From the sequence record OM386655.1: 64,000 nt of DNA; one strand, 5' to 3'. Shown piece by piece: positions 19,039-29,568 of the stretch. How positions within the stretch are numbered: the stretch's first letter is position 1; each line of letters opens with the position of its first letter. The notes under the pieces are model-generated. The model was given only the letters and a program-made list of their open reading frames with translations. It did not search any database and was not told the DNA's origin. The position numbers and the translations under genes are program-made. This DNA comes from Escherichia phage vB_EcoM_ESCO10.

Positions 19039-19737
19039 TTAAAACGAGTGGCTTGAGCCTGCTTCCATGGCCAATACATAAGAAGCCTGCGCGCCTTCAA
19101 ATTTAGCGGCGAATCGAGCATCTTGGCCTTCACCGCGGGCCCATAACAACACATGATAATCGGCCGGCATCATTTTCATATTAGTTTTGTTAATGATGAA
19201 CTTAAAGTCAGGACCGTCATGATCGGCTACTACCAAAGAATACAGTGGACGAGTTAATTCTTTATCGTCGACTTGTTTATAACCGTTGATAACAATTTTA
19301 CCGTCGTCTACGGTGATTGCAAATGTATCAATAGACAAGCCGTTGGATACACGCATAAGTTGCTGGTAGTCTTCAGCTTTAAGGTCAAAGATAACTTCCG
19401 CTACAGGGAATGGAATCTTTTTACTTGGGAATGCGATTGTGCTTGGGTCTGCAATAGGCCATTTAATTGTTGAACGTTGGTCAGTGATAATCAAAGTAGT
19501 TTGGTCAGAAGAAACTGCAACTTCAGCACTTTCAGATACCAATGACAAAATACTTAAGAAACCGTTCAGGTCGTAAATGGCTGCTTCAATATCAATGGTG
19601 TCAGAGATATCAGCCTCACCATAACTTGCACCGGTAACAGATCGAGTCAGAATGGTGTTGCCGGGTTTAAGCATAATGCCAGGGTTAATACCGGAGAAGT
19701 TTTTAAGAATGTTAAGAGTATCTTTAGAGAATTTCAT
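19039..19737 (-). CDS. 45: sliding clamp gp45
   Basis: 232 aa; matches T4 gp45 from memory. Confidence 0.9.
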   Translation of the reverse strand: MKFSKDTLNILKNFSGINPGIMLKPGNTILTRSVTGASYGEADISDTIDIEAAIYDLNGFLSILSLVSESAEVAVSSDQTTLIITDQRSTIKWPIADPSTIAFPSKKIPFPVAEVIFDLKAEDYQQLMRVSNGLSIDTFAITVDDGKIVINGYKQVDDKELTRPLYSLVVADHDGPDFKFIINKTNMKMMPADYHVLLWARGEGQDARFAAKFEGAQASYVLAMEAGSSHSF

Positions 19738-19760
19738 AATGTTTCCTTTTCAAGTCAAAA

Positions 19761-20216
19761 TTAAGCAATAACGATCATTTGTTTGCGAATGGATTCAGGC
19801 AGAGATTCAATATACTCTGGAATTTGTGAAGCAACAATACCACCGGCTTCAAGCAGTTGTTCGTCAAAATCTACACAATAAGCATCTTCGAGACGTTCAG
19901 AACCATCACGGTCGATAACCAGTTTAGCACCTGCAGCCAGTGAGTCATTATAATGGCGGCGCATAATTTCTACCCACTTATCGGATACGTCGTTATCAAT
20001 GATACCGTAGAGCATGAACTTAGTTTCTTGTGGAAGAGACTGCAGACGACGTGCAGAGTCGGTATCAATGTTCAGTACCCATGATTTGCGGATACGGTTT
20101 TGGTTATGCGGATTGGAATCGGTACGGATGGTTTTAACTTGGATATCTTTAACAGTAATAGTGTTAGCAAACATAATATTTTCTCTCATTTGGTTGGTAG
20201 ATGTATTATAAATCAA
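19761..20216 (-). CDS. rpbA: RNA polymerase-binding protein RpbA-like
   Basis: position between 45 and 46 as in T4; true start may be an internal Met. Confidence 0.55.
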   Translation of the reverse strand: MIYNTSTNQMRENIMFANTITVKDIQVKTIRTDSNPHNQNRIRKSWVLNIDTDSARRLQSLPQETKFMLYGIIDNDVSDKWVEIMRRHYNDSLAAGAKLVIDRDGSERLEDAYCVDFDEQLLEAGGIVASQIPEYIESLPESIRKQMIVIA

Positions 20217-20236
20217 TATTTTAAAGCACTTAACGA

Positions 20237-20428
20237 TTAATCAAAGTATTCATAAACGAACCATGCTGGATTTCTATTTGACATGATTTTATCATATTCT
20301 GACTTAAAAGCATTTCGGAGATAATCTTCAGTAACAAGATGTTCGTCTCCAGAGAAGCTGTTAACTAAAACGTATCTCTTTATTTCTGGGACGGCCAACA
20401 AATGCTGGCCTGTTATAAAATCACTCAT
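20237..20428 (-). CDS. hypothetical small protein (63 aa)
   Basis: ORF ATGA-coupled to gene 46. Confidence 0.4.
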   Translation of the reverse strand: MSDFITGQHLLAVPEIKRYVLVNSFSGDEHLVTEDYLRNAFKSEYDKIMSNRNPAWFVYEYFD

Positions 20429-22107
20429 TCCATCACCGTGAATCGTCCAACTTTCTTCATCTGAAGATGCTGGCCATAAGCTTGTGGGTCATGGTCTCGG
20501 TGAGAGATAATGAACACGTTCGTATCTTCAAGGCTATTCAAGATGGTTGCAATGCTCTTAACGCCTTCAGCGTCAGTTGCACTGTCAAATACCTCATCAA
20601 GAATTAGTGTAGATATATTAACACCGGATACCTTAGAAGCAATATCACGCCATGTAAAAAGAAGTGCGATATCAATACGTGCTTTCTCACCCTGTGAAAA
20701 TGAAGCGTAACTAAAGTCTTCACGTCCACGTGATTTAATCGTCTCATTGAACTCTTCGTCAAGTGTAAAGACGTAGTCGGCTTCCATAATCTTCAAATAA
20801 GAATTTATCTGCTTATTAAAGATTGGAATGTATTTCTTAATAATGGAACCTTTAATACCGGTATCCTTCAACATTTCTGTTAGAATTCCACGATGATATT
20901 TTTCCATTACTAAGGACGATTTGGTAGAGACGATTTTATCAAGCTCTGCTTGAAGCGTAGCAATCTCTTCAGCATTACTTACGAACTCAGCTGCCGCTTG
21001 GTCAATTAATACCTTAACCTTTTTAGCTTTCTCTACAGCAGTAACAGCTTGTTGTTTATGAGTAGCTATCTGAGATTTAATGGCTAACGCCTTATTGCGT
21101 TGTTCTGATACTTGGTCTTTAATGAGCTTGAGTTCTTGGTATTGCTCATTAATCTTATCTAAAGATTTTTGAAGCTCAAAGTTTTTATCCTTAATTTTAG
21201 TAAGGATGTTTCCGTGCTCTTCTAACCCTTGCATACACGTAGGACAATGACCGCCGGTTTCATAAAGCTTAACAACCTTAGTAAAGGTAGCCATATCATT
21301 TTTGATTGCAAATCCTTTATTACTTAGGTCACTCATGGAGTCGCTAGGGTCATTGTCCACGATTACATTGAGTAATTCATCAGTTAGTTTTTCTATGTTG
21401 CTCTTGGCAGTCCTAGCTTCTTTAACTAGCTCGTCATACATTAATTGTAGACGTGCGGCATTTTCACCGGATAATTTACGCTGACGTTCTTCGTTGTCAT
21501 TATAAATTTTAATTTGTTGGGTAATAGAATCTTGTTTAACGTCTATTACTTGGATTTGGCTATTAGTCTCACGAATCAAAGATTTGTTCAACTTATCCAT
21601 ATCCGCTAATACAGAAACCTCTAGCAGGTCTTCGACGAGTTTTCTTCTTGCAGGAGTGGATAGGCCCATAAAAGGGGTATATCCAGCCGTGCCGAGTACG
21701 ACAATCTGTTTGAAGCTTGCATAGGACATTCCGATAAGCTGTTCAAATTCTGCTTGGAAGTCTTTACTGCTGGCAGATTCATCAAGACGTTCACCGCCAC
21801 AAGAGATTTCGAAAACATTAGGTTTTTGGCCTCGTTTGATATAGTATTCTTTGCCATCATATTCCATCCACAATTCGACCAAAAGGTCTTTCTTATTACT
21901 TGAGTTAATCAACTGTCCTTTCTTAACGTCACGAAAAGGCTTACCAAACAAAGCAAATGTAACGGCTTCAAGGAAAGTAGATTTCCCTGCGCCATTCTTA
22001 CCAGTGACTAAGGTCTTTTGGACCTTGTCAAGTTCTACGGTAATGGCCTGTTGGCCTACCGACATAATATTTTTATACGTTACTTTCTTTAACTTAAAAG
22101 TCTTCAT
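20425..22107 (-). CDS. 46: recombination nuclease subunit gp46 (Rad50/SbcC-like)
   Basis: 560 aa from internal ATG (MKTFKLKK...); Walker A GKNGAGKST; matches T4 gp46. Confidence 0.9.
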   Translation of the reverse strand: MKTFKLKKVTYKNIMSVGQQAITVELDKVQKTLVTGKNGAGKSTFLEAVTFALFGKPFRDVKKGQLINSSNKKDLLVELWMEYDGKEYYIKRGQKPNVFEISCGGERLDESASSKDFQAEFEQLIGMSYASFKQIVVLGTAGYTPFMGLSTPARRKLVEDLLEVSVLADMDKLNKSLIRETNSQIQVIDVKQDSITQQIKIYNDNEERQRKLSGENAARLQLMYDELVKEARTAKSNIEKLTDELLNVIVDNDPSDSMSDLSNKGFAIKNDMATFTKVVKLYETGGHCPTCMQGLEEHGNILTKIKDKNFELQKSLDKINEQYQELKLIKDQVSEQRNKALAIKSQIATHKQQAVTAVEKAKKVKVLIDQAAAEFVSNAEEIATLQAELDKIVSTKSSLVMEKYHRGILTEMLKDTGIKGSIIKKYIPIFNKQINSYLKIMEADYVFTLDEEFNETIKSRGREDFSYASFSQGEKARIDIALLFTWRDIASKVSGVNISTLILDEVFDSATDAEGVKSIATILNSLEDTNVFIISHRDHDPQAYGQHLQMKKVGRFTVME

Positions 22108-22357
22108 CGTTATAAGCATCCTTGATGCATGATTCGGCCATATGGATTAATGTTTCCGGGGTATCACCTTCCATTACATTAAAACTAAATTCTACAGCCC
22201 AATCAGTCGCAACGTAAACTTTAATAAGCTCGCCTGTATCACGAGCACTCACTGCTTCAAACCAGAACTTAATAATGTTCGTTTGGTTATCGTCATCGAC
22301 AACCAGGCAATCATGTTCAAGCTCAAGGCCTGATTTTTTGAATTCATCTAAAGTCAT
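22094..22357 (-). CDS. hypothetical protein (87 aa)
   Basis: ORF between 47 and 46. Confidence 0.45.
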   Translation of the reverse strand: MTLDEFKKSGLELEHDCLVVDDDNQTNIIKFWFEAVSARDTGELIKVYVATDWAVEFSFNVMEGDTPETLIHMAESCIKDAYNDEDF

Positions 22358-23373
22358 CGTGTAACCTCATTATAAAGTTGGGCCGCCATAGTCTTAAGGG
22401 CTTTAACGTCATCTTCAGTATGGCCATCAGGAAGAGCATCGATATAATCATACATCATATCCAAGAGCGACTTAACTTCGTCTTCCTCTTCAGAATCATC
22501 AATATCAACGCTGTTATCTACCTTAGACACAATGCGTAAAGAATGAACTACCTTTTCAAGTTCAGATTCAAACTTAGTAAGCCCGTCATCGATTTTATCG
22601 ACTATAACACGAACTGCAATATTTGTAAAATCTTTGTAATCGATGGTTGCATTAGGATAATGAATCTTACGATGCCAACAGGTTTCATTGATAACAAAAT
22701 CCATTTTATGGGTTTCAGTATCGAAAATCCAGAAACCTCGAGGGTCGTTCTCATCACCTGCAGTAAGGGTCCATGGAGTACCGATGTACTTAACGTTTGC
22801 GGCATCAGAAATAGTATGGAAGTGGCCAGACCAAACTTGCTTATACTTTTTAAGGAAATCGGGTTCTAAACCGTGAGATTTCATTCCTTTATAGAAATAG
22901 AAACCATTTAATTCCCAGTGACCGATACAGAAATCTGCTGTAGTATTTTTGATATGTTCCATGATATCAGTCGTGTTTTCTTCACACATCCATGGAATCA
23001 AATCAATTTCGGTGCCATCAAAGTTTACTGTTGTAGGTTTCTCGATAACCTTGATATGGTCATATTTACCGAGAACTTCAGAAGCAGCATTAGGAGTTAA
23101 GGTATTTTTGTAGTGCATATCATGATTACCAACAACGGTATACATGGTAATGCCATTAGCTTTAAGCAAATCAGAGATTTCGCGAGCGAATTCCATACAC
23201 TTATGGGTAATTGCTTTACGAACGTCAAAGATATCACCGTATTGAATCCATACAGTAATACCGTTTGCTTTAGAATAATCAATAGCGTCTTGGATACCTT
23301 GGCGTTGGATATTTTGTACCCACACATCATCGGCTTTCACTCCAAGGTGCCAATCACCTGTGTTTAATATTTT
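22354..23373 (-). CDS. 47: recombination nuclease subunit gp47 (Mre11/SbcD-like)
   Basis: 339 aa from MKILNTGDWHLG; phosphoesterase motifs GDWH, GNHD. Confidence 0.9.
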   Translation of the reverse strand, partial: KILNTGDWHLGVKADDVWVQNIQRQGIQDAIDYSKANGITVWIQYGDIFDVRKAITHKCMEFAREISDLLKANGITMYTVVGNHDMHYKNTLTPNAASEVLGKYDHIKVIEKPTTVNFDGTEIDLIPWMCEENTTDIMEHIKNTTADFCIGHWELNGFYFYKGMKSHGLEPDFLKKYKQVWSGHFHTISDAANVKYIGTPWTLTAGDENDPRGFWIFDTETHKMDFVINETCWHRKIHYPNATIDYKDFTNIAVRVIVDKIDDGLTKFESELEKVVHSLRIVSKVDNSVDIDDSEEEDEVKSLLDMMYDYIDALPDGHTEDDVKALKTMAAQLYNEVTR

Positions 23374-23563
23374 CATAAGCCAAGCACCGTTATCGCAATG
23401 CAAAATAAAATTATTGAAATGAACCCATCAGGAGTAGAAAAGAATCCTATCCAACAAGCTCGTGTGAATGTGTAGAATGCCATGAATAACACGACATATC
23501 CTAAAAATAATTCCATATACTCTCCTCAGTTGGTTCATTTTATCATCCCGAATATAAAGCAAA

Positions 23564-23586
23564 AAAGGAAGCACTAGGCTTCCTTT
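23564..23586 (-). terminator. intrinsic terminator hairpin (9-bp stem, U-run)
   Basis: AAAGGAAGC-loop-GCTTCCTTT with flanking A/T runs. Confidence 0.5.
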
Positions 23587-23805
23587 CCAATTAATACACC
23601 GTACAGAGGTTCATGAGAAGACCTGAACTTGATGGGCTTATAGGTAATAGTACCTTCATTTTCTGCTTTAATACGAGCGGCTTCAAATTGAAGTATCATC
23701 TCATTTTTGTCAGATTTAATCTTATCAAAATCCGTCGAACTCGTCATTCATATGACCTCTTAAAAATCTGGGTGTTCGTCTTTCATTAGCCTGCCGTCCA
23801 TGTTA

Positions 23806-24006
23806 TCATCGCTGCCACCATTTCTTAAGCTGATGTGAATCAACCCAAACCTTGGCTACAGGCTCAATCTGAAAAATACCGTCAGAATACTGGCCAATCA
23901 TTTTGTATTCAGTTTCAGACTGCTTAATACAGATATTACCGTACGAGCGAAGTCTGAAAGCGGCTCCAATAAGAAGCCGTTTAAAGGGTTTATTTACTAG
24001 CGCCAT
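23806..24006 (-). CDS. hypothetical small protein (66 aa)
   Basis: ORF. Confidence 0.35.
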   Translation of the reverse strand: MALVNKPFKRLLIGAAFRLRSYGNICIKQSETEYKMIGQYSDGIFQIEPVAKVWVDSHQLKKWWQR

Positions 24007-24301
24007 TGATAATTTCCCAAATCTGTTTACGTGTAGTTTCCCACATAACTCTAACGATTTCGTCGGTAGTTGGTTGTCGGTAAATACTACGCAATTTAAT
24101 TATAGCATATTTGTAAGCTTCGAAATTGTTTTCGAGAACAGCACCCTGTGCATGTTTATTAAGACGTGTAATTTCACGGGCATTCTTTTTAAGGATTTTA
24201 GCAGCCTGTGAAGAGGCTTCTTTAGCATTGTTCTCTTCTAAACGCTTCTGAGCTTCTTCAATCTGCTTATCAGTCAATTGAGAAATGTCGGTGCTTTGCA
24301 T
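23990..24301 (-). CDS. hypothetical protein (103 aa)
   Basis: ORF; charged helical sequence. Confidence 0.45.
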   Translation of the reverse strand: MQSTDISQLTDKQIEEAQKRLEENNAKEASSQAAKILKKNAREITRLNKHAQGAVLENNFEAYKYAIIKLRSIYRQPTTDEIVRVMWETTRKQIWEIINGASK

Positions 24302-24302
24302 A

Positions 24303-24566
24303 TTAATCCTTGTAATTCAATTTTATATAAAAATCTTCGTCAGTAACGTGATAGTTATAAGTTAATGTTCCTTTTTCAGTTTTAATTTCTACCGAATCAG
24401 GGTGTTTCGGGTCTATTACAATAGGAAGTTTGGCAATATCCTTAAGATACATTTTAAGAACATAAGGAATTGCCGAATACTCTCCATCTACTTCTTCTAA
24501 AAGGCCTACCAGGTTAATCTTGAGTTCCATATAAAAAATCCAGCTCACCAACTTTAGATTCAGCAC
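24303..24566 (-). CDS. hypothetical protein (87 aa or shorter)
   Basis: ORF overlapping the 3' end of gene 55; true start probably internal. Confidence 0.4.
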   Translation of the reverse strand: MLNLKLVSWIFYMELKINLVGLLEEVDGEYSAIPYVLKMYLKDIAKLPIVIDPKHPDSVEIKTEKGTLTYNYHVTDEDFYIKLNYKD

Positions 24567-25071
24567 TCTTATCAGACCCTGGTGCTTTAACTAAAGAGGT
24601 TTCATACTGAGTCATTTTGTCGTAAATATCCTGGATAAAAGTTTCATCTGCGATACCTACCATGTCGTCGTCATTAGCGTCATAAACGTTATGGACGAAG
24701 TAGCTATATTTCTTTGCCATTTCTTTACGTTCTTTCTTGATACGCTGAACGAAGGCATTAAAACAAGCCATAGTGATATATGCATGTGGGTTGTCGTATT
24801 TTGTTTCGTCGAAGTTGTGAAGACCTTTAATAGAAGCTTCGATTCCATCAGCAATCATTTCTTGCTTCCAGGATTGGGTATATCCGGAGAAGTTAAAACG
24901 TTTACTTAGGCCTTCAGCAATGAGCATAATAGCCAAGCCGATAACGTCGTTCTGACGAACTATTTTATTAGGGTCGGTATTTTCTCGGAGCTCTGTTTTC
25001 CACTGGGTAATGGCTTTAAGAAGCTCCTTATTATTTACATAGTTATTTTTAGTCAGTTTAATTTCGGTCAT
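24514..25071 (-). CDS. 55: late sigma factor gp55
   Basis: 185 aa; matches T4 gp55 in length and sequence from memory. Confidence 0.85.
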   Translation of the reverse strand: MTEIKLTKNNYVNNKELLKAITQWKTELRENTDPNKIVRQNDVIGLAIMLIAEGLSKRFNFSGYTQSWKQEMIADGIEASIKGLHNFDETKYDNPHAYITMACFNAFVQRIKKERKEMAKKYSYFVHNVYDANDDDMVGIADETFIQDIYDKMTQYETSLVKAPGSDKSAESKVGELDFLYGTQD

Positions 25072-25137
25072 TGTTACCTCAGATAACTCAAATCATAGGT
25101 CTATTATATCATAGTATTTGGAGACCCATTTAAAGCA

Positions 25138-25401
25138 TCAACGGAGTAAGCAATAAGCCTGAAATACTGTTTCAAGGATTTTTTTGAACTCTTCGAAGGA
25201 AGGGGCTCCTTCAAATCCTTGGCTTTGAATATAAAGGCAGAATTGTTGATAAAGGACCAAATATTCGGATTGGTTGTATTTGGAAATGTGAGACTTCCAT
25301 ACTTCAGAAGTCTCTCCACAAATAAACTCAACATTCATATAGTTATCTATTAAGAAAAATCCAAGACCTTCATAAGCCAATGTTATGGATACAGGTGTCA
25401 T
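25138..25401 (-). CDS. hypothetical protein (87 aa)
   Basis: ORF; an overlapping alternative frame (25104..25334) also exists. Confidence 0.35.
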   Translation of the reverse strand: MTPVSITLAYEGLGFFLIDNYMNVEFICGETSEVWKSHISKYNQSEYLVLYQQFCLYIQSQGFEGAPSFEEFKKILETVFQAYCLLR

Positions 25402-25670
25402 TGTAGGAATCTGGCTCCTTCTAGTGCATCATCAAGGTTATCAAACTCATCAACATAATCAATACCACCAACTTCATCCTTTGCATACAGCCAGTACTGT
25501 TTAAATTCGTATTCGATAATAAAGTGGTCGCCTTCGATTTGAAGTACACCTACATCATTTTCACATACGGCATAACCAACCAGTCGAATGTCGTTCAAGA
25601 GTTCGTTTTTCATAGTAATTGTTTCCAGGTTCTTCTCATAATTAGAGAGTTTAATTTTAGGTAAAGTCAT
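25398..25670 (-). CDS. hypothetical protein (90 aa)
   Basis: ORF, ATGA-coupled. Confidence 0.45.
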   Translation of the reverse strand: MTLPKIKLSNYEKNLETITMKNELLNDIRLVGYAVCENDVGVLQIEGDHFIIEYEFKQYWLYAKDEVGGIDYVDEFDNLDDALEGARFLQ

Positions 25671-25996
25671 TTCGCAGCCTTAACAATTTTCAGGTCAACG
25701 AATTTTTTCTTACGTTGGTTTTTCATACGTCGAATAGTTTTATCTGTGATTTCACCCGGGTGCCAAGCTTTAGATTCAACACCAAAGGCAGCAACGTCAA
25801 ACTCATCAAGGATATATTGAACCAGGATTTCACGAATACCGTTATGGCCAATTTTTTGGTCTTTAGAGCGCATGATTGGTAACAGTTCAGCAACCCATTG
25901 GTCAAGAATCTGAGGAGTTACAAAGCCAGTTTTCATCAGTTCGTTAACTTTATCGAAAGCGAAAGAGTTCAGTACGTTTTTGATTGCTTGTGACAT
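25667..25996 (-). CDS. hypothetical protein (109 aa from ATG)
   Basis: start at MSQAIKNV with RBS GAGGAAATTATT; N-terminal leader shared with the gene at 32687..33532. Confidence 0.5.
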   Translation of the reverse strand: MSQAIKNVLNSFAFDKVNELMKTGFVTPQILDQWVAELLPIMRSKDQKIGHNGIREILVQYILDEFDVAAFGVESKAWHPGEITDKTIRRMKNQRKKKFVDLKIVKAAK

Positions 25997-26064
25997 AATA
26001 ATTTCCTCAGTTTTAAATTTATAATCCATAGGACCATTATACTCTGGTCCCAAGAGTTTGTAAA

Positions 26065-26265
26065 CTATTTTTGTTTTAGTGCACCTTTCCAGCCTTCATA
26101 CATCATTCCAGCGGAAAGTAATAAAGCTCCTGAACAGCTTGAATATTTGTGATTCCAAAACCAATTCAGAAAAACTTCGTCATCAATACCTTGAGCCATC
26201 ATATTTTCAAAGAACTGACGACGAGCTTCAGCAATTCGCTGCGATAATTTAGATTCAGGATTCAT
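26065..26265 (-). CDS. hypothetical small protein (66 aa)
   Basis: ORF. Confidence 0.4.
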   Translation of the reverse strand: MNPESKLSQRIAEARRQFFENMMAQGIDDEVFLNWFWNHKYSSCSGALLLSAGMMYEGWKGALKQK

Positions 26266-26475
26266 TTAAATTTTCCAGTTACCGTTTTCATCAATGAATT
26301 TAACCCAGTCATTTACTGACCACTTGGTGGTATCGCCTTTTGGAGCAGAATTTAAAGTATACAGTCCTTGCTTAAAAAGCATTCGTTTGATATTCATATT
26401 TTCCTCAGCTATAACGATAACATTCGTTTGATTTACGTTTTGCAACTCGATGAGAAGTATTGTAATCAGGTTCAT
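26266..26475 (-). CDS. hypothetical small protein (69 aa)
   Basis: ORF. Confidence 0.35.
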   Translation of the reverse strand: MNLITILLIELQNVNQTNVIVIAEENMNIKRMLFKQGLYTLNSAPKGDTTKWSVNDWVKFIDENGNWKI

Positions 26476-26698
26476 CGTCGTTGTAAACGTCTTTTTTCAG
26501 CTTTCTCACTTCTTTACGAAGTTGGCGATTCATTTCATTCTTAACTTCAGAATCGACACCGCCCATACGTTTCCACTTGTCAGAACGGAAGATATTTTCT
26601 TCAACTCGTTCCTGACTTACACCGTCAGGTGCTTTACGACGTCCTGAATAACAAAAATCTTTTACAGACAATTCTTTACGACGGATAGTTTTACCCAT
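26405..26698 (-). CDS. hypothetical basic protein (97 aa)
   Basis: ORF; Lys/Arg-rich. Confidence 0.4.
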   Translation of the reverse strand: MGKTIRRKELSVKDFCYSGRRKAPDGVSQERVEENIFRSDKWKRMGGVDSEVKNEMNRQLRKEVRKLKKDVYNDDEPDYNTSHRVAKRKSNECYRYS

Positions 26699-26700
26699 AG

Positions 26701-26955
26701 TTACCTCAGCAGTTTGTATCCAATAAGATTTTTGATATACTGAATATCTTTGATATCCAAATCCAACTTAAGGTCTTTCAGACGTTCACTCAGGGTCAAA
26801 AAGGTTACGTGCTTCCAATTCTTCACTGGGCAACAATAAGTCTTAGGACCATTTGCAATTTCAATATTCTTATCAGTGACGGTGATAAAAATCAAACGCT
26901 CGTCATCAAGATTAAGGGTGATGACATTTTTCATTGCGTGTAATTTCAGGCTCAT
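26701..26955 (-). CDS. hypothetical protein (84 aa)
   Basis: ORF. Confidence 0.4.
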   Translation of the reverse strand: MSLKLHAMKNVITLNLDDERLIFITVTDKNIEIANGPKTYCCPVKNWKHVTFLTLSERLKDLKLDLDIKDIQYIKNLIGYKLLR

Positions 26956-27134
26956 GATTTAATTTCCTTTGCTACTGAACAAAACACAGAACGGTCACAC
27001 ACCATCAACGGGGCATCAGGCAGGCTCAAAGGTTGATACCAGACATCCAGATTTGTAACCTTAGTTACCTGGACAGGATAGCCGTTTACTGAATAATACT
27101 GGTCAACTTTAATTTCTTTATCTTGAATAGTCAT
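26952..27134 (-). CDS. hypothetical small protein (60 aa)
   Basis: ORF, ATGA-coupled. Confidence 0.35.
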   Translation of the reverse strand: MTIQDKEIKVDQYYSVNGYPVQVTKVTNLDVWYQPLSLPDAPLMVCDRSVFCSVAKEIKS

Positions 27135-27193
27135 AATGTTCTCCTCATGTGTTGATAGGATAGACTATAACACACAAGGAGAGGAAGTAAACA

Positions 27194-27511
27194 CTAATCT
27201 TCAATTAAATCTCGGTCATAACCAAGTTCAATCAAAAGTGTCTTAAAAGAAGGAATATTTTCTATTTTCTTATTATCAACAAAGATGACAGGATACCGTA
27301 TAGCTAAGCTCTTGAAGCCTGCACGTTTGGCCAATGATACTATAAGAGGCTTGTCATATACTGCACCTGACGGCGTCTGGTTAATCACAGGATAGAAAGT
27401 ATATTGAATGGAAAGGGAATTTAGGAGCTTCAGAACTGCAATGCACCCTGGACAGCGCATGACTGTCTCAGGGATACCGTAGATTTCGATTTTAGTTGAC
27501 TTTTGGTCCAC
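27194..27511 (-). CDS. glutaredoxin-like protein (NrdH-like)
   Basis: C-terminal part of the track ORF has KIEIYG...CPGC glutaredoxin signature; start placed at a GTG after AAGGAG; uncertain. Confidence 0.5.
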   Translation of the reverse strand: MDQKSTKIEIYGIPETVMRCPGCIAVLKLLNSLSIQYTFYPVINQTPSGAVYDKPLIVSLAKRAGFKSLAIRYPVIFVDNKKIENIPSFKTLLIELGYDRDLIED

Positions 27512-27791
27512 AGGAAATAACTCCTTGGTAGTCCCAAGTTTTGATAACTTCTTCATCATCAACGGTTTTATACGGGACGTAAACCTGAATAAGGAAACCG
27601 GTGTCATCGAAAGAGAAATAAACTGTCGGTTTGATTCCATGAATCTCGGATAGAGCATAGATATCTTTAAGGTCTTCTTCTTTATCAGCAAAGAATTCCG
27701 GGTTAAGGTCGCAGTCATGGAAGTACCAGTCATCACCGAACTTGTCCCATGCGGTCCAATTAGTAGCTACATATTCTTCAAAACGTTTCAT
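27492..27791 (-). CDS. hypothetical protein (99 aa)
   Basis: ORF; acidic. Confidence 0.45.
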   Translation of the reverse strand: MKRFEEYVATNWTAWDKFGDDWYFHDCDLNPEFFADKEEDLKDIYALSEIHGIKPTVYFSFDDTGFLIQVYVPYKTVDDEEVIKTWDYQGVISCGPKVN

Positions 27792-28003
27792 TCTTTCACC
27801 TTCAGCATTTTTGCAATAGTAGAATGGATAGCCTGGATTCGTTTGTTGAATTCAGACTCTTCAAGACCCTTTTCAGTACTCAGCCATCCGATAATCACGA
27901 ACAGCAATCCGAACGGAATAGCCAGGATTAAAAGGCATACGATAAACAAGACCAATGTAATGTTAGCCAGGATATCAGAAGCAGCATTACGAAAATTATT
28001 CAT
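27788..28003 (-). CDS. small membrane protein (71 aa)
   Basis: two hydrophobic segments. Confidence 0.4.
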   Translation of the reverse strand: MNNFRNAASDILANITLVLFIVCLLILAIPFGLLFVIIGWLSTEKGLEESEFNKRIQAIHSTIAKMLKVKE

Positions 28004-28124
28004 AGGACAACCCAGGTATTATTGACAACAAATAACCATAGAGCTGGATACTCTACACCCATACGGCGGATAATATCATTCATAGATTCAGCTAGAGCAT
28101 AGAATGTATAGCCATAAAAATTAA

Positions 28125-28598
28125 TCATTTAAGCGATTTCCTCAGTTGTTTTTTAAATGAATCAACCATTTGTTTCTTAGTGTCGGATTCATTATAAGTC
28201 ATTCCATGTGAAAGCATTTCAGCAATCATTTCTTCCTTACCTAATCTACTGAACTCTTTGGTTTTATCAGGAACGAAATTAGGATGAATATTATTTTCAG
28301 TGTAATCGGTTTTCAGATAGACTAGCAAATTCTCTAACCATTCGAGGTAGTCAACGTTTTGACCTTTCAAACCAGAACGGTTGAACTTATGCTTCATTTG
28401 TCCCTCTGCAGCATTGCACAGGTTACATAGTAAACCACGAACCTTACCAGCTTTTGGCCCGTTCAATTCATGGTCGTGGTCAAGGTGATTACTTTGAACA
28501 TCAGGGTTTAATTCACGTTTACAAATCAAACACTTACCGTGCTGTGCATCATAAAGTTTTTGTTTTTCTTCTTTGTATAATTTGCCAGTCAACAACAT
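28125..28598 (-). CDS. 49: endonuclease VII (Holliday junction resolvase) gp49
   Basis: 157 aa; near-identical to T4 gp49 from memory (MLLTGKLYKEEKQK...HLDHDHELNGPKAGKVRGLLCNLCN). Confidence 0.9.
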   Translation of the reverse strand: MLLTGKLYKEEKQKLYDAQHGKCLICKRELNPDVQSNHLDHDHELNGPKAGKVRGLLCNLCNAAEGQMKHKFNRSGLKGQNVDYLEWLENLLVYLKTDYTENNIHPNFVPDKTKEFSRLGKEEMIAEMLSHGMTYNESDTKKQMVDSFKKQLRKSLK

Positions 28599-29099
28599 AA
28601 TAAACCCTTATCATTATTAGATAAGGGTATTTATTAAATCTTATAAAACGAGCGATGCAACCGTTTAAATTGGCGAATCATCTTTTTGGTAGGACGAGTA
28701 TATAATCCTACGCAGGTGGCCATAAACTGGTCAGTAGGACTTCCTTTAATAAGAAGTTTCCAGACTTTGTCACCATTTAACTTTTCGGTATAAACTAATT
28801 TAGTTTTCATCAGAAGGCCTCATCAGAAAAGCGGAGTTGTGCTTCAAGCCAATGGATATAGTCAGCGGCTGCAAAAATTAAATCAGATTCTTCATCAGAC
28901 AACTTACGAGAATCTGAAAGCTCGTAAAGTGAATGTTCAATTAGACGGCCTTTATGCCGACCTACTTCAATTTTTGTACTCATACCCAAACTCTATATCG
29001 ATTAATTCATTGTTTGAAGGTTCATTATATTCTATTTCGGAATCGTTGTAAACCGGTTCCTCTGGCTCGGTGGTTTCCCACCGAGCGACATACCACGGC

Positions 29100-29408
29100 T
29101 TAACGGTCACACCACCAACTACTTACTTCAAAATCAGGTTCGCCATCGTCCCAATACCAAGGACCAACCGGATGCCAATCACCGTGCTCATCTTCTTCAA
29201 ATTCTTCGGATTCAAGTCCAACATATTGCCATTGGACTTCATAAGCAGTGCCACCAATTACAACTGTGTTCTCACCATACGGGTTAGCCACAACAAAGTC
29301 AATACCTTCTGCTTTAGCTAACCAAACCATATATTCATAGAGCTTATATTCTAGGTCATCTTCCGTGCCATCACCTAGAAAAATAGTTTGTTCATTTAAT
29401 TCAATCAT
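29100..29408 (-). CDS. hypothetical acidic Trp-rich protein (102 aa)
   Basis: ORF. Confidence 0.45.
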   Translation of the reverse strand: MIELNEQTIFLGDGTEDDLEYKLYEYMVWLAKAEGIDFVVANPYGENTVVIGGTAYEVQWQYVGLESEEFEEDEHGDWHPVGPWYWDDGEPDFEVSSWWCDR

Positions 29409-29568
29409 TTAAAGTTCCAGAATGAAGCACCGACCAGAAATAAAGGCCAACAAATCATAGACGTCAGCCACCAACAAAAGTCACCTGCACCGAAATCATC
29501 TAATTTAGCTAGGGTCTTAGCATAGCCAATACCAATGATAAGATACAAAACACCTAACATTAATTCAA

